Shown one piece after another: positions 42,093 to 47,254 of a stretch of DNA of 47,254 nt. Position 1 is the stretch's first letter; every line of letters starts with the position of its first letter. Position numbers and translations under genes: made by a program. Below the pieces are notes generated by a model. The model saw only the letters and a list, made by a program, of their open reading frames with translations, was not told the DNA's origin and did no database searches. The DNA lies in the NCBI GenBank assembly GCA_021781955.1, contig JAJXVV010000006.1:1-47254 (forward strand), written 5' to 3'. The DNA is from a bacterium. GTDB taxonomy: Bacteria > Patescibacteriota > Minisyncoccia > Phycocordibacterales > UBA2100.

Positions 42093-42929
42093 ATGCCTGA
42101 ACCGAGACGAAAAAAGTTCGAAAGAGGCCATGCCAACGACCCCCTACAATTGACTCCCCGCGATATATCCATACTACGGGATGTTGCCGAGTACCGCTTT
42201 CTGAACTCGGAGCAGCTTTTAGCACTCCACCCCGGCGGAGAGCGCAATCTCAAACAGCGCTTGCACCTGCTATACCGCCACGGACATCTCGACCGCCCCG
42301 ACGTTCAGAAAAGGGCCTTGCTCGCTTCTTCCCACATCGTCTATGCTCTCGACCGAAGGGGCGCGGAGGTTTTGGGCAAGGACGCGCAGGAGCGCGAAGG
42401 ACTGTTTCGCCGCATCCGCGAGCTTGAGCATACCTCGCCGCTCATCGCCCACGCGTTGATGATTTCACAATTCAGAGTGTGTCTTACGCTCGCCCTTAAA
42501 AGTCGTCCGAGCGTGAAGCTGATACGCTGGACGCAGGGCAACGACTTGAAAGTTCTGTTGCGGAGGCGCGGCGAAAATCCATCGCTCGTGCCGGACGCCT
42601 TTTTCATATTGGAAACGTCCGAGTTCAACTATCCGTGTTTTCTCGAAGCGGATCGCGGGACGATGACGCAGGAACGATACGTGAACAAGCTCCGTATGTA
42701 CTGGCAATACTGGCGCGAGGAAGGTTTCAGCAGGTCGCTCGGCATTACCCATTTCCGTGTCCTCACGATTACTCCCAACGAGAAGCGAGCGGAGAATCTT
42801 TGCCTAGCGGCCAAAGAAGCCGACGCCCGCAAACAAGGCAGCGGCATGTTCCTGTTCATGTCCGAGACGGCATACGGCACGACGAGGCCGGATGCGATCG
42901 TGCAGGCCGCGTGGAAGTGCCCGAAGTGA
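42093..42929 (+). CDS. Replication-relaxation family protein (PF13814-like)
   Basis: LTPRD..IL..V..YRFL..EQL wHTH; PDA..FLEADRGTM..KL..Y PD-(D/E)xK-like motifs; TATAAT upstream. Confidence 0.82.
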   Translation: MPEPRRKKFERGHANDPLQLTPRDISILRDVAEYRFLNSEQLLALHPGGERNLKQRLHLLYRHGHLDRPDVQKRALLASSHIVYALDRRGAEVLGKDAQEREGLFRRIRELEHTSPLIAHALMISQFRVCLTLALKSRPSVKLIRWTQGNDLKVLLRRRGENPSLVPDAFFILETSEFNYPCFLEADRGTMTQERYVNKLRMYWQYWREEGFSRSLGITHFRVLTITPNEKRAENLCLAAKEADARKQGSGMFLFMSETAYGTTRPDAIVQAAWKCPK

Positions 42930-43043
42930 TACTGTAAAGTGATATGACCGAGACCGATGACGAGAGAAAATTAAGGGAAGAGAGGGAAAGCCAAGCGTTA
43001 CAAACCCTTGAGGGGTTATCGGTGATGACGCTATACTGTCGAT

Positions 43044-44594
43044 ATGCCCCTCTACTTCCTCTACGCCCGCAAGTCCACCGACACCGAGGACATGCAAGTC
43101 CTCTCTATCGAAAGCCAGCTCGCCGAGCTGCGCGAGATCGCCAAGCGTGAGGGCATCGAGATCGGGCGTGAGTTCGTCGAGAAGCAGTCAGCCAAGAGAC
43201 CCGGCCGCCCAGTCTTCAACGAGATGCTCTCCCGTATCGAGAGGGGCGAAGCGTCCGGAATCCTATGCTGGAAGATAGACCGCCTCTCGCGCAATCCGGT
43301 GGACAGCGGCCGCGTGAGCTGGCTCCTGCAGCAGGGAACCATACAGAGCATCACGACCCATGAGCGCACCTTCTGTCCGACAGATAACGTGCTCGTGATG
43401 TCCGTCGAGTTCGGAATGGCCAATGAGTACGTGCGGCAGCTTGCCGCCAACACTTCGCGCGGATTGAGAGCGAAGGCGCGTCTCGGCCACTACCCCTGCA
43501 ACGCTCCCGTCGGATACCTCAACAATCCGCGCACCAAGACCATCGTCGTGGACAAACGCAGAGCGTCCATTGTCCGCGCCGCCTTCGAGCTGTATGCCGA
43601 GAACAAGTCCCGCCTCGAAGACGTGAGCCGCTTCCTCTTCGAGAGCGGCATCAGGACGAATGCGGGAAGGCGGCTCGGGAACGGCGGCAAGCCGCTCACC
43701 CGAGACCAGATCAAGCGCCTCCTCTCCAATCCCTTCTATTACGGCCACTTCCGCTTCAAGGGAGAGATGTACGAAGGCAGGCATGCGCCCATCGTCGAAA
43801 AGTCCCTTTTCGACCAGGTGCAGAAGGTATTGCAGCTGCGCGGCAGGCCGCACAAGGAACCTAAAAACAACGCACAGGCGCTCTGCGGACTGCTCCGCTG
43901 CGGCGAGTGCGGGATGAGCGTCACCGCCGAGGTGAAGTTCAAATATCAGAAGAACGGCAACGTCCACCGCTACGTCTATTACCGCTGTACCAAGAAGAAA
44001 GGTTCCTGTTCCCAGCCCCACATCCGCGAAGAGCGTCTCGTCTTGCAGGTGAACGAGCTTCTCGAAGAGTTCACTATGTCCAAGACGTGCGCCGACGAGC
44101 TGCTCCGGCTCTCGGCGGAGGACGAGAAGGAGGCTGCTGCTGCCGCTGTCTCCGCCATCCAAGCCCTGCGGGCGGAGATCGAGGAGAAGAGCGAGAAGCT
44201 CGCCCGCCTTACCGACCTCTACGTTGAGCAGGATATAGCACGGCATGACTATCTCGAAAGGAAGGCCGCCCTCATGTCCGACAAGAGGTCGGAAGAGGAG
44301 CAGATCGTCAAACTTGAACGAGACGCCGCTTCATGGCTCGAACCTCTGCGCAACTGGATATCCGAGGCTCAAACGCTGGACGAAATACGAAAAAACAGCG
44401 ACCTCCCCTCCAAAAAATCCTCCCTCCAAAAAATCTCAGGATCGAACCCGTCCTTAAGAGACCGTCTTATCGAATTTAATCCCATCCCGCCATACGCTTC
44501 GCTCCGCGAAGCGCGTCAAAATTTCTCTGTAAATCAGTCCTGTATTTTATGGGTGCACCCTATAGGATTCGAACCTATGACCTTTCGAATGTGA
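43044..44594 (+). CDS. Large serine recombinase LSR1; last 13 aa encoded by the tRNA-Val antisense strand
   Basis: YARKS catalytic Ser, GRPVF, DRLSRN, PVGY recombinase domain, CGECG..YYRC zinc ribbon, coiled coil; ends WVHPIGFEPMTFRM. Confidence 0.93.
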   Translation: MPLYFLYARKSTDTEDMQVLSIESQLAELREIAKREGIEIGREFVEKQSAKRPGRPVFNEMLSRIERGEASGILCWKIDRLSRNPVDSGRVSWLLQQGTIQSITTHERTFCPTDNVLVMSVEFGMANEYVRQLAANTSRGLRAKARLGHYPCNAPVGYLNNPRTKTIVVDKRRASIVRAAFELYAENKSRLEDVSRFLFESGIRTNAGRRLGNGGKPLTRDQIKRLLSNPFYYGHFRFKGEMYEGRHAPIVEKSLFDQVQKVLQLRGRPHKEPKNNAQALCGLLRCGECGMSVTAEVKFKYQKNGNVHRYVYYRCTKKKGSCSQPHIREERLVLQVNELLEEFTMSKTCADELLRLSAEDEKEAAAAAVSAIQALRAEIEEKSEKLARLTDLYVEQDIARHDYLERKAALMSDKRSEEEQIVKLERDAASWLEPLRNWISEAQTLDEIRKNSDLPSKKSSLQKISGSNPSLRDRLIEFNPIPPYASLREARQNFSVNQSCILWVHPIGFEPMTFRM

Positions 44595-44627
44595 ATCGAA
44601 CGCTCTAACCAGCTGAGCTAAGGGTGC
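44554..44627 (-). tRNA. tRNA-Val(CAC)
   Basis: Acceptor GCACCCT/AGGGTGC; anticodon ttcga-ttCACat-tcgaa; GGTTCGAATCC T-arm. Confidence 0.95.
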
Positions 44628-44677
44628 CCTGCCCCGAGAAGATCGAGGGGGTTCGCAAAGGATACTCTATTTCTCGC

Positions 44678-44686
44678 TGTGGATAA
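44678..44686 (-). promoter_or_regulatory. DnaA box between divergent tRNA-Val and tspO
   Basis: TGTGGATAA is a perfect TTATCCACA on the minus strand; function is not established. Confidence 0.45.
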
Positions 44687-44728
44687 AGGGAGTGGCGCGG
44701 ACGAGCGGTATGCATATATGCTAGTGGC

Positions 44729-45199
44729 ATGGACAAGCACCTGCGTACCGCCGCCCCTTTCATCGGCGTTTTCGCGGCAGGCATCGTCGGCATGCTCTTC
44801 GTCGGACAGAGCGTCGGCATCTGGTATGCCAACCTCAACCTGCCCCCTTTCACGCCGCCGACCGTCGCGTTCCCCGTTGTCTGGACCTTCCTCTACCTCA
44901 TCACGGCGACCGCGTGCGCGATCGTCTGGCGCAAAGAGCCGCAGAACGATCACACCGAGGGCTGGGTGCGTTATTTTTTTGTGCAACTTTTCATTAACGC
45001 GGGCTGGGTCATCTTTTTCTTCGGCTTTCACTCGATCACGGTCGCATTCGTCGACAACTTCATACTCGTATTCATCGTGCTCGGGCTGACGGCGAGCGCG
45101 TGGGAAATCGATCGCACCGTCACCTACCTCATGCTCCCCTATTTGCTGTGGGTCGTCTTCGCGCTCTACCTCACGATGGAGATATGGTCTCTGAATTAG
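44729..45199 (+). CDS. tspO: TspO/MBR tryptophan-rich sensory protein
   Basis: WYANLNLPPFTPP..FPVVWTFLY, QL..N..W..FFG and LMLPYLLW..FA motifs. Confidence 0.93.
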   Translation: MDKHLRTAAPFIGVFAAGIVGMLFVGQSVGIWYANLNLPPFTPPTVAFPVVWTFLYLITATACAIVWRKEPQNDHTEGWVRYFFVQLFINAGWVIFFFGFHSITVAFVDNFILVFIVLGLTASAWEIDRTVTYLMLPYLLWVVFALYLTMEIWSLN

Positions 45200-45260
45200 G
45201 TTTTGAGTGTACACTGATCGATTGAGAGAACTCTTTTTGTTTGCTATATTTCTTCAGCAA

Positions 45261-45335
45261 GGGTCTATATACGGAAGTCACATAGACCCGGCGTCCGGAG
45301 AAAATGTAAGCGAGCTTCCGCTTTGTTCCTCACTT
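45261..45335 (+). ncRNA. 75-nt structured leader of tRNA-Ala(CGC), copy B
   Basis: Homologous to the reverse complement of 39746-39820; GGGTCTAT/ATAGACCC stem and CGGAAG/CTTCCG pairing; TATATT -10 box 10 nt upstream. Confidence 0.65.
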
Positions 45336-45409
45336 GGGCCTATAGTAAAGTGGTATTACGCGGCATTCGCATTGCCGAGTCCGGGGTTCGACTCCCCGTA
45401 GGTCCACCA
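45336..45409 (+). tRNA. tRNA-Ala(CGC)
   Basis: Acceptor GGGCCTA/TAGGTCC with G3:U70; anticodon cggca-ttCGCat-tgccg; CCA end. Confidence 0.95.
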
Positions 45410-46903
45410 AATTTGATTTGCCGAAGAAGTTGCCTCGGGGCTTCGCCCCTCGGCATTGGTTTCCGCCAAGAAATTCCAGGGGGTTTTGAAATCCGCCAAA
45501 AGCATTCCCGCCGAAAGTCGGCGGTTCGAGCCGATGGAAACAAGAAAATCTCTCGCCCCCGAGGGATTTTCTTGTTTGGAGAGATTTTCGGCTTGGTTGG
45601 CTTCAGTAATCCAGTTTCGCATGAGTTCGAGCCAATGATTACCTTTTCGCTCAAAATCCGATAATTTCTCCTCAAATGTTTTCTTTTCCGCCATTAAAAC
45701 ATTCTTTTTCTCTTGATACTCGCCAAGTTCCAACGCCTCGCCAAGATATGCGTCTGTAAGGCGTTCTAGTCGCGTTTTAATGGCGGAAATTTGATCGCGG
45801 AGATTTTGAGCGAAAAGGTCTGATGAGTGGCGGGATTCCTTATTCTCATTTTCCAGTTTTGCTAAAAACTTTTCCCGCCACTCATCGGGCAAAGAAACTT
45901 TTTGACACAGATTTTTCACTTGTTCAGTCAAAACATCTTCCCGCAAAAAGCGATTTTCAGAACATTTGATAGTTTTGCTCTTGTGGGTGCAACGATAGTA
46001 AATAAATTTCAAACCACTTTTCTTTATGTGTCTTTCGGCGGTTATGGCATAGCCACATACCCCACAAGTAGCAAAACCTAAAAACTGAAAATTCTTTGGT
46101 CCTCGCTTTTTGCGGGGCTTCCCATTCTGAACAAGTGCTGTTTGGATTTGGTCAAAAAGTCTCTTTGCAATCATTGGCTTATGCGAACCCACATGCACCT
46201 CGCCACGATATTGAAAATGTCCATAGTAAAAGGGATTTTTCAAAATATGTTCAATACTGGCGAGGTGCAAGGGTTTGCCTGTTTTGCTAACCAAGCCAAG
46301 AGAAAACATTTTGCGCTGAATTGCCGTGAGCGTATATTGTCCCGTAGCAAAAGCCCCTAACGCTTCTTTTACTTTGCCAAAGGTCTTTTTGTCCGGCTCA
46401 ATAGTTCGCAATCTCGGCTCATTGAAATATCCCAAAGGGGCTTTTGCTGAAAGTTCGCCACGGCGTATTTTTTGGCGAATACCACGCAAAATGTTTTCTC
46501 TTAAATTGTCGGTGTAATACTTTGCTTGTCCGAAGGCGACACTCAACATAAATTTTCCTTGGGGTGTCGCCTCGAACCAGAAAGTAGGGAATTTTAGCGA
46601 TTGGATTTTGAGAGTATCAACAAGGTAAATCACACGCCCACCATCAATCGAGTTGCGAGCTAAACGGTCTGGATTCCACGCTAAAATTCCCTGTGCATTG
46701 CCTTTTTCAATTTCGCCAAGCATTTCGTTAAATACTTCACGACCTGGCTCTTTGGCGGTTTTGCTCTCGTAAAATTCTTTTTCAACGAAAAGGTTGTTTT
46801 GCTTGGCGAATTCCCGAAGCTCCGTCAGTTGCGCCTCAATAGACAAAACTTGGCGTTCTTCGTCCTCTGATGATTTACGACAATAAATAAAGTATTTGAT
46901 CAT
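45356..46903 (-). CDS. Large serine recombinase LSR2; last 15-17 aa encoded by the tRNA-Ala antisense strand
   Basis: YCRKSS, PGREVF, DRLARN, PLGY, CGVCG..YYRC and coiled coil; ends QIWWTYGESNPGLGNANAA; visibly AT-richer than host genes. Confidence 0.93.
   Translation of the reverse strand: MIKYFIYCRKSSEDEERQVLSIEAQLTELREFAKQNNLFVEKEFYESKTAKEPGREVFNEMLGEIEKGNAQGILAWNPDRLARNSIDGGRVIYLVDTLKIQSLKFPTFWFEATPQGKFMLSVAFGQAKYYTDNLRENILRGIRQKIRRGELSAKAPLGYFNEPRLRTIEPDKKTFGKVKEALGAFATGQYTLTAIQRKMFSLGLVSKTGKPLHLASIEHILKNPFYYGHFQYRGEVHVGSHKPMIAKRLFDQIQTALVQNGKPRKKRGPKNFQFLGFATCGVCGYAITAERHIKKSGLKFIYYRCTHKSKTIKCSENRFLREDVLTEQVKNLCQKVSLPDEWREKFLAKLENENKESRHSSDLFAQNLRDQISAIKTRLERLTDAYLGEALELGEYQEKKNVLMAEKKTFEEKLSDFERKGNHWLELMRNWITEANQAENLSKQENPSGARDFLVSIGSNRRLSAGMLLADFKTPWNFLAETNAEGRSPEATSSANQIWWTYGESNPGLGNANAA
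45404..45527. repeat. 124-bp perfect inverted repeat, left copy (3' end of LSR2 plus the tRNA CCACCA)
   Basis: Base-by-base reverse complement of 47010-47133. Confidence 0.95.
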
Positions 46904-47009
46904 AGCTTCGGGAATTAAATTTATAAAGGCATTGCACTTACACCGACAATTTCTAAAAATCTCTCCTCATCGGCTCTTGCGCCTTTGGCGCAATCCAAAC
47001 TTCGTTTGG

Positions 47010-47133
47010 GAACCGCCGACTTTCGGCGGGAATGCTTTTGGCGGATTTCAAAACCCCCTGGAATTTCTTGGCGGAAACCAATGCCGAGGGGCGAAGCCCC
47101 GAGGCAACTTCTTCGGCAAATCAAATTTGGTGG
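47010..47133. repeat. 124-bp perfect inverted repeat, right copy (attP-like, followed by the native tail)
   Basis: Reads NRRLSAGMLLADFKTPWNFLAETNAEGRSPEATSSANQIWW on plus and continues CLFEKVRTHFAENPQE* to 47184. Confidence 0.95.
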
Positions 47134-47254
47134 TGTTTGTTTGAAAAAGTTAGAACCCATTTTGCGGAGAACCCCCAAGAATGAGGACGCCCCGCCACCG
47201 CCTCGCGGACTCGGCGGACACCAAAGAAAAATGTTCCTTGCTTTTCGGATTTGC

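Larger units (their letters stand above)
41682..44555. mobile_element. Element 1: about 2.87-kb integrative element at the tRNA-Val(CAC) 3' end (origin-like region, replication-relaxation gene, LSR)
   Basis: GTG cores at 41682-41684 and 44553-44555. Joining them extends the LSR in frame with VSLYQSARTYFSRKQG* and leaves tRNA-Val intact. Confidence 0.8.
45404..47254. mobile_element. Element 2: AT-rich island integrated at tRNA-Ala(CGC), continuing beyond the window
   Basis: Sharp composition shift at the tRNA 3' end; LSR gene; far boundary not visible. Confidence 0.8.

Noticed and set aside
42944-43150. Small ORF as the RDF of element 1
   Set aside because: It overlaps the LSR1 promoter and start out of frame and has no recognisable motif; it cannot be fully excluded.
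45404-47133. 124-bp IR as a pure assembly or amplification fold-back artefact, or as IS terminal repeats
   Set aside because: The copies diverge exactly at the tRNA junction into a tail homologous to element 1's, the right copy has a unique 33-bp insert, and there is no DDE transposase. Read-level confirmation is still needed.
47185-47254. REP-like palindromic sequence at the window end
   Set aside because: Truncated, with only a single copy visible.

Overview
High-GC chromosomal segment that looks like a Patescibacteria (CPR, probably Parcubacteria) genome; this assignment is inferred from gene content, compact organisation and lack of Shine-Dalgarno motifs. Bases 1-41.2 kb are mostly housekeeping: a giant repeat surface protein, murG, gltX, an M23 peptidase, rpmA, rplI, an S41 protease, corA, cysS, leuS with a Nudix insert, ychF, the F1Fo ATP synthase operon, a proB-adenosine kinase-ahcY-maf cluster, mraZ-rsmH-ftsL-like-PBP, guaA and prs. 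Seven tRNAs lie between 32.9 and 45.4 kb. The main novelty is at 41.7-47.2 kb, where two large serine recombinase (LSR) genes each read into the antisense strand of their target tRNA, so their C-termini are tRNA-derived. For each, a homologous native tail (W-x-x-L-[YF]-x-x-[AV]-R-T-[YH]-F) lies elsewhere in the element. Element 1 (2.87 kb, replication-relaxation gene plus LSR, at tRNA-Val) would regain its tail on excision through a GTG core. Element 2 (at tRNA-Ala-CGC) has its LSR between perfect 124-bp inverted repeats, so inversion would swap tails. A probable relic of a third such recombinase sits at tRNA-Glu. Both tRNA-Ala genes are preceded by a conserved 75-nt structured leader, and many genes appear leaderless (-10 box 6-10 nt before ATG).
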